Both the position numbers and the translations under genes were made by a program. DNA of 61,274 nucleotides, filler included. It is 6 parts of 6 records of this genome, joined end to end, with 100 filler letters (N's around TTAATTAATTAA, not from the genome) between each part and the next. Parts side by side here need not be neighbours in the genome. Positions count along the whole stretch, not along the records: positions 1 to 9,679 come from DRR723986_15553; positions 9,780 to 15,920 come from DRR723986_15578; 4 more parts are not named here. One strand, given 5' to 3'. The notes beneath the pieces are model-generated. The model had not been told where the DNA came from and did no database searches. It worked only from the letters and a program-made list of their open reading frames with translations. Below are positions 1-10,250 of the stretch, one piece after another (within the stretch, counting starts at the first letter, position 1; each line of letters begins with the position of its first letter).

Positions 1-1683
1 GTAGGGTGACAGTGCCTGGATGACCTGGGGATCGCTGAACACATTGCGTTCCATGACTTTGCAGGAAATACACCAGTCCGCATAGAAGTCCAGCATGACG
101 GGCTGCCCCCGGTCACTGGCATTGGCCAGCAATGTGCGGATCTGGTTCGGATCCTCAACACGCTGGAAGCTGGCATGTGATAGCTCGCCCGCCACTGGTC
201 CCGGCGCCGCGGAGGCGACAAAAGGCGCCAGCGGCTTGAGCGGGTCGTTGGCGCCGCTGACGGCACCGGCCAGCAAGGCCAGGCCATAGGCAAACATAAC
301 CAGCCCCAGTCCCTTACGGGTGCGCTGCCAGCCAGCCTTGGCGGCATCGAATGCGCCCAGCTGTACGCCAGTAATAGCAATCAGCAGCCCCCACATGGTC
401 AGGCTGAACCAGACCGGTACCAGGCGCTCAACCAGCCAGATAGCCACGGCCAGCAGCATGACACCGTAGAAGTGCTTCACCGTGGTCATCCAGTGCCCTG
501 AGCTTGGCAGCAGTTTCCGGCCGCCAACGGCAACCAGAATCAGGGGAACTCCCATGCCCAGGCCCAGTGCCAGCAGCGCCACACCGCCGATCACGGCATC
601 CTGAGTGGTGGAAATGTACAGCAAGCTGCCGGCCAGTGGCGCAGACACGCAGGGCGAGACAATAAGTGCTGAAAGGGCACCAATGCCGAAAATGCTGGCG
701 ACACGGCTACCAGTCAGGCGATGGCTGGCATCGTTGAGGGGTTCCCGAATAAAACGTGGTAACTGGATTTCGAACAGGTCGAACATCGACAGCGCAAAGA
801 CCACGAACAGGCCAGCGAAAACACTCAGCACCCAGGGCGACTGTAGCTGCGCCTGGAGATTGAAGCTGGCGCCCAGCAGGCCGGTAATGACACCCGCCGC
901 GGCGTAGGTCAATGCCATGCCCAGCACATAGCTGCCAGACAGCAATAATGCGTGGCTGGTGGTTCTTGTATTACGCCCGGAGACCATGGAGGAGATGATG
1001 GGTACCATGGGCAGAACGCAGGGCGTAAAGGTCAGCCCCAGACCGAGCAAAAAGAATACGCCGGCGATCATCCAGATCGACTGGCTGGACAGAAAGCCGG
1101 CGAGGCCGGTCGCGGTGGAGGTATCTGCGGGCGCCGCATTACCGGTATCGGAGGTCACGCTGTTGGCTGCCGTCTCGGCAGCGTCGCCACCAGGGTAATA
1201 GAAGATGTCCCGGGTCTGCGGGGGATAACAAAGCCCGGCCTCTGCACAGCCCTGGTACGTCACCTGAAGCTCCGCTTCCCGGACACCGTCGGGCAGGGTG
1301 ATGGGTACCCTGGCCTGGACCGGATCAAAGAAAACGGTGATCTCACCAAAGAATTCGTCTTCAGTCAGCGTGCCCGGCAAAGAAAAGCCGGGTTCGCCAA
1401 CCTGTACACCATCAGTTACGGCATTGATCTGTATGCGGCTTTTATAGAGGTAATGGCCGGGGGTGATATTCCAGGCCAGCACCACAGCCCCGTTATCAGT
1501 GGTGTAATCAAAGGGCAGTGCTTCATCTACCGGCAGAAATTCGCTGTTACCAAACAGGCTGCCATTGCCGGACCCCAGAGCCTTGGCGCCGGGAGACGCC
1601 AGCGACAGAACCACTGCCAACACAAGCAAAAGATGGTAGAACAGATTTCGCGTAGGAGCACTGAAGGCCTGGACTGCTGACAT
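1..1683 (-). CDS. dsbD: Thiol:disulfide interchange protein DsbD (3' end runs off the window)
   Basis: Manual minus-strand translation from ATG 1683 (not in the ORF track): FLPVDEA..GHYLY..YQGCAEAGLCYPP, TM motif LTFTPCVLPMVPI, SPCVSAPL, thioredoxin motif DFYADWCISCK. Confidence 0.95.
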   Translation of the reverse strand, partial: MSAVQAFSAPTRNLFYHLLLVLAVVLSLASPGAKALGSGNGSLFGNSEFLPVDEALPFDYTTDNGAVVLAWNITPGHYLYKSRIQINAVTDGVQVGEPGFSLPGTLTEDEFFGEITVFFDPVQARVPITLPDGVREAELQVTYQGCAEAGLCYPPQTRDIFYYPGGDAAETAANSVTSDTGNAAPADTSTATGLAGFLSSQSIWMIAGVFFLLGLGLTFTPCVLPMVPIISSMVSGRNTRTTSHALLLSGSYVLGMALTYAAAGVITGLLGASFNLQAQLQSPWVLSVFAGLFVVFALSMFDLFEIQLPRFIREPLNDASHRLTGSRVASIFGIGALSALIVSPCVSAPLAGSLLYISTTQDAVIGGVALLALGLGMGVPLILVAVGGRKLLPSSGHWMTTVKHFYGVMLLAVAIWLVERLVPVWFSLTMWGLLIAITGVQLGAFDAAKAGWQRTRKGLGLVMFAYGLALLAGAVSGANDPLKPLAPFVASAAPGPVAGELSHASFQRVEDPNQIRTLLANASDRGQPVMLDFYADWCISCKVMERNVFSDPQVIQALSPY

Positions 1684-1802
1684 GGATACGGTCATTTCCT
1701 GATTCTGGTATGCATGAAGTCGGTTCGAAGCCAGTGGACACCATCCTGTGGCGAAAGTTCCCACTGGTATTGGCCGCGTTAAAGTCGCACAATAGCCAAC
1801 CG

Positions 1803-2393
1803 ATGAATCACAATCCAGACGATCTTATCATGCTGTTCAATGACCTGTTCCGGGAATCATACCGGACGATTCTGGTCAGGGGCAGCGAAGAACCGGAATA
1901 TCTCCCTGTGAGCGAGCCCGAGGGTCTTGCCAGGGTAGTCTTTGCCCATGGTTTTTTTGCCAGTGCCCTGCACGAGATTGCCCACTGGTGCATTGCCGGT
2001 GAGCATCGGCGCACAATGTACGATTACGGATACTGGTACTGTCCGGATGGACGAACACCTGAACAGCAGCAAGCGTTTGAGCAGGTGGAGGTGAAACCTC
2101 AGGCCATAGAGTGTCTGTTTTCCCTGGCGGCCGGCTTCCGCTTTCACATCAGTGTCGACAACCTCGCCGGCGGAGGCGCTGCCGATGGAGATGCATTCCG
2201 CCTGAATGTGCTCAACCAGGCGAGCGATTACCTTGCCTGTGGATTACCCCGCCGTGCACAGCAGTTCTACGATTCGCTCTTGCAGTTTTACAGCACTGGT
2301 GCCCGGATAGATGAAACCTGGGCTCGAGTGAAGACCCGTCTGTTAACTGCAGAGCAGGAATACGATCAATCAAGGATACCTGAACCCCTATGA
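1803..2393 (+). CDS. epmC: Elongation factor P hydroxylase (EpmC/YfcM)
   Basis: EPEYLP, FAHGFFASALHEIAHWCIAG..RR..DYGYWYCPDGRT..QQ.FEQVEVKPQAIE; start taken at ATG 1803. Confidence 0.9.
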   Translation: MNHNPDDLIMLFNDLFRESYRTILVRGSEEPEYLPVSEPEGLARVVFAHGFFASALHEIAHWCIAGEHRRTMYDYGYWYCPDGRTPEQQQAFEQVEVKPQAIECLFSLAAGFRFHISVDNLAGGGAADGDAFRLNVLNQASDYLACGLPRRAQQFYDSLLQFYSTGARIDETWARVKTRLLTAEQEYDQSRIPEPL

Positions 2394-3661
2394 CATCAGA
2401 ACCAAAGCATACCGGCGATTTACGCTTCAGCGACCTCAATCTGGACAAGCGACTGCTGGATGCCATTTCCAAAATTGGCTTCGAGTACTGCACGCCCATT
2501 CAGGCAGAAACGCTGCCCTGGACCCTGGCCTGTGAAGACCTCATTGGCCAGGCTCAGACGGGCACCGGCAAGACTGCAGCCTTTCTGATTACCGCGATTC
2601 AGTCTTTGCTGGAAACTCCGATCGACGAGAAAGAGCGTTTTGCCTCCGAGCCCCGTGTTCTGGCGCTGGCGCCCACCCGCGAACTGGCCATGCAGATTGC
2701 CAAGGACGCCGAACAGCTGTGTCATTACACTGGCCACAATGTGGTTACTGTGGTTGGCGGGATGAACTACGACAAGCAGCGGGAGCAGTTGCAGAACGAA
2801 ATTGTCGACATCCTGGTGGCTACCCCGGGCCGATTGATCGATTTCCTGGGCTCACAGGATGTTTTTCTGGATCAGCTCGACATCCTGATTCTGGATGAGG
2901 CGGACCGGATGCTCGATATGGGCTTTATCCCGGACGTCAAGCGCATCATCCGCAAGTGTACCCCCAAGGATGAGCGCCAGACCCTGCTGTTCAGTGCCAC
3001 CTTCAACCAGGATGTCCTGAACCTGGCATCCATGTGGACCCGCAATGCCGAGTTTGTCGAAATCGAGCCGGAACAGAAGACTGCAGAACGAGTTGAACAG
3101 ACCGTTTTCCTGGTGTCCGATAACGAAAAGCTGCCGGTACTGGTGAATTACCTGAAGCGGCCGGAAGTAGAGAAAGCGATTGTTTTTGCCAACCGTCGTG
3201 ACCAGTGCCGTGATCTTGAAGAGGATCTTAAAAACCAGGGTGTGAAAGTGGCGTTGATGTCTGGCGAGATTGCCCAGAACAAGCGGCTGAAAACGCTTGA
3301 TCAGTTCAAGAAGGGGCAGATCCAGGTGCTGGTTGCTACCGATGTGGCGGGCCGTGGCATCCACGTAAACGGCGTGACCCATGTATTCAACTACAATTTG
3401 CCAGACAATGCCGAAGATTACGTTCACCGCATTGGTCGTACTGGCCGTGCCGGTAAAACCGGAGTATCGGTGAGCTTCGCTGGTGAAGAGGACGCGTTTG
3501 CCCTGCCGGAGATTGAAAAATACATCAGCCAGAAGCTGAAGACGGCGGTGCCTGATGAGAATCTGACAGCCGCCATGGATAACCCGCCGATTACCCGCAA
3601 GCGGGGTGGTCGCCGGCCGCAGGGCAACAGCGGTCGCGGGCCCAGACCACGTCGTCATTGA
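2390..3661 (+). CDS. rhlB: DEAD-box RNA helicase, RhlB-like
   Basis: Q motif, AQTGTGKT, PTRELA, DEAD, SAT, HRIGRTGRAG; basic C-terminal tail. Confidence 0.85.
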   Translation: MTSEPKHTGDLRFSDLNLDKRLLDAISKIGFEYCTPIQAETLPWTLACEDLIGQAQTGTGKTAAFLITAIQSLLETPIDEKERFASEPRVLALAPTRELAMQIAKDAEQLCHYTGHNVVTVVGGMNYDKQREQLQNEIVDILVATPGRLIDFLGSQDVFLDQLDILILDEADRMLDMGFIPDVKRIIRKCTPKDERQTLLFSATFNQDVLNLASMWTRNAEFVEIEPEQKTAERVEQTVFLVSDNEKLPVLVNYLKRPEVEKAIVFANRRDQCRDLEEDLKNQGVKVALMSGEIAQNKRLKTLDQFKKGQIQVLVATDVAGRGIHVNGVTHVFNYNLPDNAEDYVHRIGRTGRAGKTGVSVSFAGEEDAFALPEIEKYISQKLKTAVPDENLTAAMDNPPITRKRGGRRPQGNSGRGPRPRRH

Positions 3662-3684
3662 GAGTCACTGGTGAGACCACTGTT

Positions 3685-4839
3685 ATGCTGATCGTTGCGG
3701 ACGAGAATATACCCTTACTGGATTCCTTTTTTGGCGACATCGGAGAGATTCGCCGGGTGAATGGCCGGACGCTGGCTCCGGACCAGGTAAGGGATGCCGA
3801 TATACTTCTGGTCCGTTCGGTAACCCGGGTAGACCGGCAGTTGCTGGAGGGTGCCCGGGTGCGGTTCGTTGGTACGGCCACGATTGGAACGGACCACATA
3901 GACCAGGCCTGGCTCCAGGAACAAGGCATCGGTTTCGCCGCTGCGCCAGGCTGCAATGCCGTCAGTGTGGCAGAGTATGTGCTCTCGGTATTGTCCCTGT
4001 ACGCAGAAAAGCGGGGTATTGAAGACTGGTCATCCCTGACGGTAGGGATTGTCGGGGTGGGCAATGTCGGTGGTGAGTTGGCCCGAATGCTGGAGCGGCT
4101 GGATTTCACGGTAAAGCTCTGTGATCCGCCCAGGCAGGAAGCTGAAGAAGAGCGCGCAGAGGAGTTTGTGCCGCTGGCCGAGGCTCTGGAGTGTGACGTT
4201 GTAACCTTGCACACGCCGTTGACGCGAACTGGAGACCATCCCACCAACCGGATGATCGCGGGCAGCGAGCTCGCGGCGCTTGGGCAGGATCAGTTGTTGA
4301 TCAACGCCGGCCGGGGCGAGGTGATAGACGGAGAGGCATTGCTTGCCCGGCTTCAGCAGGCAGACGCGCCCACGGTGGTGCTGGATGTCTGGGAGCATGA
4401 GCCCAGAATCAACCCGGATCTGCTAGACCGGGTGTGGCTGGCGACGCCTCACATTGCCGGCTACAGCCTGGAAGGCAAGATGCAGGGCACGGAGATGATC
4501 TACCAGGCCCTGTGCCGTTACCTGGGGCTGCCTGTGCGCAAGAAAGCCGGACAGTTTCTGCCGGAGCCGGCCCTCAGTAAAGTGTCCTTTACCAGCAGTG
4601 CTGATGAGGATGAGGCCGTTCAGGTTGCTTTGCGCGCCTGTTACGATCCCCGCCGGGACGATGCCCGCCTGCGGCTGACCATGCGCGGTAATCCTGAAGA
4701 GCGGGCGCAGGCCTTCGACAGGCTACGCAGGGACTACCCGGTGCGCAGGGAATGCTCGAGTCTGAAAGTGCAGTTGAAGGGTAGCAGCAAGTCGATTCAG
4801 GATAGCTTCAGGGCCATCGGGTTCAAACTGAAGATCTGA
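3685..4839 (+). CDS. pdxB: Erythronate-4-phosphate dehydrogenase
   Basis: IVADENIP, VRSVT, TATIGTDH, APGCNA, GVGNVG, TPHIAGYS, FDRLRRDYPVRRE. Confidence 0.93.
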   Translation: MLIVADENIPLLDSFFGDIGEIRRVNGRTLAPDQVRDADILLVRSVTRVDRQLLEGARVRFVGTATIGTDHIDQAWLQEQGIGFAAAPGCNAVSVAEYVLSVLSLYAEKRGIEDWSSLTVGIVGVGNVGGELARMLERLDFTVKLCDPPRQEAEEERAEEFVPLAEALECDVVTLHTPLTRTGDHPTNRMIAGSELAALGQDQLLINAGRGEVIDGEALLARLQQADAPTVVLDVWEHEPRINPDLLDRVWLATPHIAGYSLEGKMQGTEMIYQALCRYLGLPVRKKAGQFLPEPALSKVSFTSSADEDEAVQVALRACYDPRRDDARLRLTMRGNPEERAQAFDRLRRDYPVRRECSSLKVQLKGSSKSIQDSFRAIGFKLKI

Positions 4840-4868
4840 CACCCTGGATGTCTTGCTCGTCAAAAGAG

Positions 4869-4894
4869 AAGGGCGCCTCTGTGGCGCCCTTTTT
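4869..4894. terminator. Probable bidirectional intrinsic terminator between pdxB and htpX
   Basis: AAGGGCGCC-TCTGT-GGCGCCCTT followed by T run, between convergent genes. Confidence 0.75.
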
Positions 4895-4901
4895 CATGTG
4901 A

Positions 4902-5783
4902 TTACAGTTTGGCGTTCTGTAGCGCTGCAATTCGGTCCTCCAGCGGCGGGTGGGTCATGAACATTGCTGCCAGACCTTCGCGGGCGCCCCGGTTGATACC
5001 GAATGCCTGCAGGGTGTCCGGCATCTGATCCGGAACCTCGCTTTCCTTTTTCAGGTGCGCCAGGGCGCTGATCATGGCGCCTCGCCCTGCCAGTTGGGCA
5101 CCGGCAATGTCGGCACGGTATTCCCGGCGACGGGAGAACCAGAATACGATGGTGCTGGCCAGGATGCCGAGCACGATTTCTGCCACGATGCTCACGACAA
5201 AAAAGCCGATACCATGGCCGTTCTCATTCTTGAAGATGACCCGGTCCACGAACGAGCCGATCACCCGCGATGCGAAGATAACAAAGGTGTTTACCACGCC
5301 CTGTATCAGCGTCAGAGTCACCATGTCGCCATTGGCTACATGGCCAATCTCATGGCCCAGTACGGCCCGGATCTGGTCCTTGTCGAAGCGGCTTAACAGC
5401 CCCTCGCTGACCGCCACCAGAGAGTCGTTTTTATTCCATCCGGTGGCAAAGGCATTGGATTGCTGAGCAGGGAAGATCGCCACTTCGGGCATGCCGATGC
5501 CGGCTTTCTTTGCCAGCTCCGCGACGGTTTCAACCAGCCAGCGCTCCGCCGGCGTGCGAGGCGAGTCGATCACCCGGGCTTTGGTGCTCCACTTCGCCAT
5601 GGGCTTGGAGAGAAACAGCGAGATAAACGCACCAGCGAAGCCGAACACCGCCGCAAACGCCAGTAGCGAGCCGTAGTCGATGCCTTGTTGTGCCAGATAA
5701 CTATCGACCCCCAGCAGTCGCAGGGTAAAACTGGCAACCAGAATAACGGCCAGGTTGGTGGCCAGAAACAACAGAATACGCAT
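4902..5783 (-). CDS. htpX: Membrane zinc protease HtpX
   Basis: [46 protein letters not shown]. Confidence 0.96.
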   Translation of the reverse strand: MRILLFLATNLAVILVASFTLRLLGVDSYLAQQGIDYGSLLAFAAVFGFAGAFISLFLSKPMAKWSTKARVIDSPRTPAERWLVETVAELAKKAGIGMPEVAIFPAQQSNAFATGWNKNDSLVAVSEGLLSRFDKDQIRAVLGHEIGHVANGDMVTLTLIQGVVNTFVIFASRVIGSFVDRVIFKNENGHGIGFFVVSIVAEIVLGILASTIVFWFSRRREYRADIAGAQLAGRGAMISALAHLKKESEVPDQMPDTLQAFGINRGAREGLAAMFMTHPPLEDRIAALQNAKL

Positions 5784-5876
5784 GGTTTTTTCCTGTATCA
5801 GCTTACCGGGAAACGTATTGCCTTTCTGACCGATATATGTGGATCCGGTTCAGCGGTTCAAGAACCTTAACGCCAT

Positions 5877-6350
5877 TTAATGAACGGGTTGCAGGCCTGA
5901 ATCGTTGAAGAAGGTTGATTGCACCGCCAGACTGATGCGGCTGGAGCTGCCGCTTTTCAGGGCGGAGCGCAGCAGATGAATATAGGTGGACAAGTCTTTC
6001 TGAACAGAAGGCGGCAATTCGGGCTCGTTTGAAACCGCCGACAGTTCCCTCAGAAGCGCCTGCGGGGCCGGGGCGCTGAGCCGAACAAATGCCTCCCGGG
6101 TCAGCACCGCCTGATCCAGAGCTTCCTGGCGAATGGTATCCACGTAACGGAGCAGGCCTTCTTCGGACAGCCAGAGCAGGGCACCGAAACAGGCCATATG
6201 GCGCTTGCTGTGCAGGCCGAATTCGTCGGGCTCGTCTGGCCCGGCGATATCCTCCACGAACAGGTTTACCCGCCGGGGAAACGACATGTAGAGCTGAACC
6301 AGAGCAATTGCAACGTCCTTGTAGAATTCCTCGACATGAATGTCTGCCAT
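5877..6350 (-). CDS. Conserved hypothetical protein
   Basis: 157-aa ORF 12 bp downstream of alaA, with GGAG Shine-Dalgarno. Confidence 0.75.
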   Translation of the reverse strand: MADIHVEEFYKDVAIALVQLYMSFPRRVNLFVEDIAGPDEPDEFGLHSKRHMACFGALLWLSEEGLLRYVDTIRQEALDQAVLTREAFVRLSAPAPQALLRELSAVSNEPELPPSVQKDLSTYIHLLRSALKSGSSSRISLAVQSTFFNDSGLQPVH

Positions 6351-6362
6351 ACTGACTCCGGT

Positions 6363-7577
6363 TTACTGGCGATAGTGTTCAAGGAAATTGCCCAGACGGC
6401 CCATGGCATCCGACAGCGTGTCCGCTCTGGGCAGGAAAACAACCCGGAGATGCTGCTTGTCATCAATGTTGAAGGCCGAGCCCTGAACCAGAAGAATTTT
6501 CTCCTGAAGCAGCAGATCCAGAACCAGCTTCTCGTCATTCACCACCGGGAAGTGCTTGGGGTCCAGCCTTGGGAACAGGTACAGCGCCCCTTTGGGCTTG
6601 ACGCAGCTCACCCCGGGAATGTCGTTCAGCATGCGCCAGGCGGTCTCGCGCTGCTCGTACAGACGCCCGCCCGGTGCCACCAGATCGTTGATGGACTGAT
6701 AGCCGCCCAGAGAGGTCTGGATTGCCAGTTGGGCCGGTACGTTGGCGCAAAGGCGCATGTTCGATAGCATGTCGATGCCTTCGATCAGATCCCGGGCCTT
6801 GTGTTTGGCTCCGCTGATGATCATCCAACCAGAACGGTAACCGGCCGCCCGGTAGTTCTTGGACAGACCGTTGTAGGTGAAAAACAGCACATCGTCCGCC
6901 ATCGAGGCAATGGATGTGTGCTGGGTACCATCGTAGAGAATCTTGTCGTAGATCTCGTCCGACAGGATGATCAGATTGTGTTCCCTGGCCAGTTCCAGAA
7001 CCTGCTGTAGCAGTTCCTCTGAATACACGGCACCGGTCGGGTTATTCGGGTTGATCAGCACAATAGCCCGGGTCCGACGGGTAATCTTTTTGCGAATATC
7101 GTCAATGTCCGGGAACCAGTCCTGTTGTTCGTCGCAGCGGTAATGCACCGGCTTGCCGCTGGACAGCGTGACGGCGGCGGTCCAGAGCGGGTAGTCCGGG
7201 GCCGGAATGAGTACTTCGTCGCCGGTGTTCAGCAATGCCTGCATGGACATCACAATCAGCTCGCTGACGCCATTGCCCAGGTAGATGTCATCAATATCGA
7301 CTTTGGCGATGCCCCGCTGCTGGCAATAGTGCATCACGGCCTTTCGGGCCGAAAACAGGCCTTTGGATTCCACGTAGCCCTGGGCCTGGTGCATGTTGTA
7401 GATGACGTCTTGCTGGATTTCTTCCGGCACGTCGAGCTCGAAGGCTGCCGGATTGCCGATATTCAGCTTCAGAACGCGGTGCCCTTCTTCTTCGAGCCTG
7501 CGGGCCTCACGCAGAACCACGCCACGAATTTCATAACAGACATTGTCGAGCTTGGCGGATTTGAAAAAGTTCTGCAT
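6363..7577 (-). CDS. alaA: PLP-dependent alanine transaminase (AlaA/YfbQ)
   Basis: KSAKLDNVCYEIRG, LNIGNPA, NPNNPTG, DEIY, GLSKNYRAAGYRSGW. Confidence 0.92.
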   Translation of the reverse strand: MQNFFKSAKLDNVCYEIRGVVLREARRLEEEGHRVLKLNIGNPAAFELDVPEEIQQDVIYNMHQAQGYVESKGLFSARKAVMHYCQQRGIAKVDIDDIYLGNGVSELIVMSMQALLNTGDEVLIPAPDYPLWTAAVTLSSGKPVHYRCDEQQDWFPDIDDIRKKITRRTRAIVLINPNNPTGAVYSEELLQQVLELAREHNLIILSDEIYDKILYDGTQHTSIASMADDVLFFTYNGLSKNYRAAGYRSGWMIISGAKHKARDLIEGIDMLSNMRLCANVPAQLAIQTSLGGYQSINDLVAPGGRLYEQRETAWRMLNDIPGVSCVKPKGALYLFPRLDPKHFPVVNDEKLVLDLLLQEKILLVQGSAFNIDDKQHLRVVFLPRADTLSDAMGRLGNFLEHYRQ

Positions 7578-7759
7578 GGGAGCCTGGGTCCTTCGCTAAG
7601 GTTCTGAACGAAAGCCTTATTCTAGCGGAGGGACGCCTCGGGGTAACAGGGGCAATTGTGTGGAATTGTGGCCAAATCAGGATAGTTTACGGACCGTCTT
7701 TGAAGTGATGTGTCATCAGGCTGACCCGAACTGACAATTTGCGGTGTTGTTGTGGGAAA

Positions 7760-7779
7760 TTATATTGTGCAAAATTTAA
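7760..7779. promoter_or_regulatory. Putative OhrR/OspR operator
   Basis: Imperfect AT-rich palindrome TTATATTGTGCAAAATTTAA upstream of gpx-ohrR. Confidence 0.5.
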
Positions 7780-7832
7780 ATCAGTCGTTCATACAAATCG
7801 GCCGGAGCCGGCCAATACAGGAGAGATATTTC

Positions 7833-8318
7833 ATGGCGAGCGAAACCATTTACAGCTTCAGTGCCAACGATATTAAAGGGCAGGAAGTTTCAATGGACGA
7901 TTATCGGGGCAAGGTTCTGCTTATCGTAAATACGGCCTCAAAATGTGGTTTTACGCCCCAATTTGAGGGGCTGCAGTCGCTCCATGACGAATTGGGGGAG
8001 CGTGGGTTTGAGGTGCTGGGTTTCCCCTGTAACCAGTTCATGAATCAGGATCCTGGTAACGACGATGCCATCAGCCAGTTCTGTTCCCTGAACTACGGTG
8101 TCAGTTTCCCCATGTTCGCCAAGATTGAGGTGAACGGTGACGGCACGCATCCGCTGTTTCGGTTCCTGAAACGTGAGGCCAAAGGCCTGATGGGTTCTGA
8201 GAAAGTGAAGTGGAATTTCACCAAGTTTCTGGTCAACCGGGAAGGTCAGGTTGTGCGGCGCTATGCGCCAACGGCGAAGCCGGCCGACATCCGCGCCGAT
8301 ATAGAGAAATTGCTCTGA
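7833..8318 (+). CDS. Glutathione peroxidase family protein
   Basis: VNTASKCGFTPQ, LGFPCNQF, KWNFTKFLV; RBS AGGAG before ATG 7833. Confidence 0.95.
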   Translation: MASETIYSFSANDIKGQEVSMDDYRGKVLLIVNTASKCGFTPQFEGLQSLHDELGERGFEVLGFPCNQFMNQDPGNDDAISQFCSLNYGVSFPMFAKIEVNGDGTHPLFRFLKREAKGLMGSEKVKWNFTKFLVNREGQVVRRYAPTAKPADIRADIEKLL

Positions 8319-8320
8319 CC

Positions 8321-8788
8321 ATGACAGATAACGATCAGATACTGGCGCTTGATAACCAGATCTGTTTTGCACTGTATGCAGCGAACCGGGCGGTGACTGC
8401 CAGGTACCGGCCGTTACTGGAGGAGCTGGGGCTGACCTATCCCCAGTACCTGGTCATGCTGGTGATGTGGGAAGCGGACCGTGAGGGAATCAAGCCGCGG
8501 GTCAGCGACCTGGGGGCCAGATTAAGACTGGACTCGGGCACTTTGACGCCGCTGCTTAAACGCCTGGAGCAGCGGGATCTGTTGCAACGGGCTCGGCTCG
8601 CCGAGGATGAACGGGTGGTTGGGCTGAGGCTAACCAATGCCGGACGGGCGCTGCGGGCCAAGGCAGCGAGCGTGCCCGGCCGCCTTATGTGTGGTCTGGA
8701 TATTGAACCGGAGCGATTGCTGTCACTGCGACAGGAACTCAGGAGTCTGTTGGCGGTTCTGGAGACAGCGGAGCCCAGCGAGCGATAA
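8321..8788 (+). CDS. MarR-family organic peroxide sensor (OhrR/OspR-like)
   Basis: LDNQICFALY with the sensing Cys, LTYPQYLVM, LDSGTLTPLLKRLE, DER. Confidence 0.9.
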   Translation: MTDNDQILALDNQICFALYAANRAVTARYRPLLEELGLTYPQYLVMLVMWEADREGIKPRVSDLGARLRLDSGTLTPLLKRLEQRDLLQRARLAEDERVVGLRLTNAGRALRAKAASVPGRLMCGLDIEPERLLSLRQELRSLLAVLETAEPSER

Positions 8789-9679
8789 CCGCCCTGAGTT
8801 CGTCACGATTGTAGGGCTTGGTGATGTAGTCATTCATGCCCGATGCCAGGCAATCTTCCCGATCGCCCTGCATCACATTGGCGGTTACCGCAATGACGGG
8901 TAGCGTCTGCCATTGGGGGTTCTGGCGGATAGCACGGGTTGCTTCGTAACCGTCCATAACCGGCATCTGGCAGTCCATCAGTACCAGGTCGTAAGTTTTG
9001 TTTTGGAGTGCCTCAAGGGCTCTGCGCCCGTTCTCCGCGTGATCTACCCGGTGCCCCAGTTTCTTCAACAGGCTGCTGGCCACCAACTGGTTGACCTGAT
9101 TGTCTTCCACCAACAGAATGTTTAGAGCCGGTATCGGTTGCTGGCCTGTGCCAAGGGATCGATCCGGGCGTGTTGATTGCCCACCCGAATCCAGTCCGCC
9201 GGCTGCGCAGAGGCATCGGAACAGGTCGTCCCTTCGCAGCGGCAGTGCCACGACGCAGTGTCTGGGATGATTGCTGGTTGCGGTTCCGGACTGATCGGCC
9301 AGAATCACCCCTTCTCCTCGCCAGTCATTGGCAAAGGCAAGGCTTTCCCGGGGCGAATTTGCAGCATCAATCAGCAGGATTCCTTCCGGATGTCGACTGG
9401 CACTGCGCACCGGTATGTTCCAGGAGCGCAACTGGGACTCGATGGCCAGTCTGTGAGGGTTGCTTTGGGGCAGGGCCATGGCGATACCAATATCGCTCAG
9501 GCGTCGTAGAACGCCTTCTGCGATCTCCGGTTCATCGCCCTGGTGTACCGGAAGCGGCAGGGTCACGGTAAAGTGGGTTCCGGCGCCTTCCTTGGAGTCA
9601 ACCAGAATCTGGCCATGCATTCGCTCCACCAGTTGCCGGCAGAGTGTCAGCCCAAGCCCGGTTCCGCCGTAGAGGCGGG
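8739..9679 (-). CDS. Hybrid sensor histidine kinase/response regulator, C-terminal part (truncated by gap)
   Basis: GGTGLGL G2 box at the contig edge; receiver domain LVEDNQVNQ..LMDCQMPVMDG..TAN..KP. Confidence 0.9.
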
Positions 9680-9779
9680 NNNNNNNNNNNNNNNNNNNNN
9701 NNNNNNNNNNNNNNNNNNNNNNNTTAATTAATTAANNNNNNNNNNNNNNNNNNNNNNNNNNNNNNNNNNNNNNNNNNNN
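9680..9779. other. Assembly/concatenation spacer
   Basis: N run with TTAATTAATTAA at 9724-9735. Confidence 0.98.
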
Positions 9780-10123
9780 GGGTGGAACTTGACCAGCCAC
9801 AGGATCGAGGCCGGACGGTCCTGACGCTTGGACAGCGGCGTATACCGTGGACCGCGACGCTTTTCTTCGCCCGAGGCGGCCGGGTTGAACTTCAGCTTCA
9901 GCTTATGCATCAGGTTGCCCTGTGCCGCGTCGATCTCATCCTGAGTCAGCTGGTTGTTTGCAATCGGGTCGAACCCTTTCACGCCAGTCGCCACATCACC
10001 ATCAGCGATGCCCTGAATTTCCAGCTCGTGCATTCCAACGAAATCCGCGATCTGCTTAAAGCTGATCGTGGTATTGTCCACCAGCCACACAGCGGTTGCT
10101 TTGGCCATCAACGGTTTTGCCAT
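9780..10123 (-). CDS. trcR: DUF1013 family transcription regulator TrcR (3' truncated)
   Basis: PLMAKATAVWLVDNT..F.QIADF.GMHELEIQGIADG, GPRYTPLSKRQDRP. Confidence 0.88.
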
Positions 10124-10250
10124 GCGCTCATCTCCTTAAAACACATCTTCCCCGTCGCCTGAAACCGGCTGCCCTGCGATCAGAGCGAGTTTCCATTGTA
10201 GGGGAACTTGATCTCTATATAGTGGCCTTCGGTGAATAAGGAAAGAGTGA

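Noticed and set aside
952..1680. 242-aa and other plus-strand ORFs in 95-1680
   Set aside because: Antisense to dsbD, which the ORF track missed because it runs off the window edge
9724..9735. Recurrent TTAATTAATTAA palindrome (five copies)
   Set aside because: Always embedded in N runs; an artificial all-frame-stop linker, not a biological repeat
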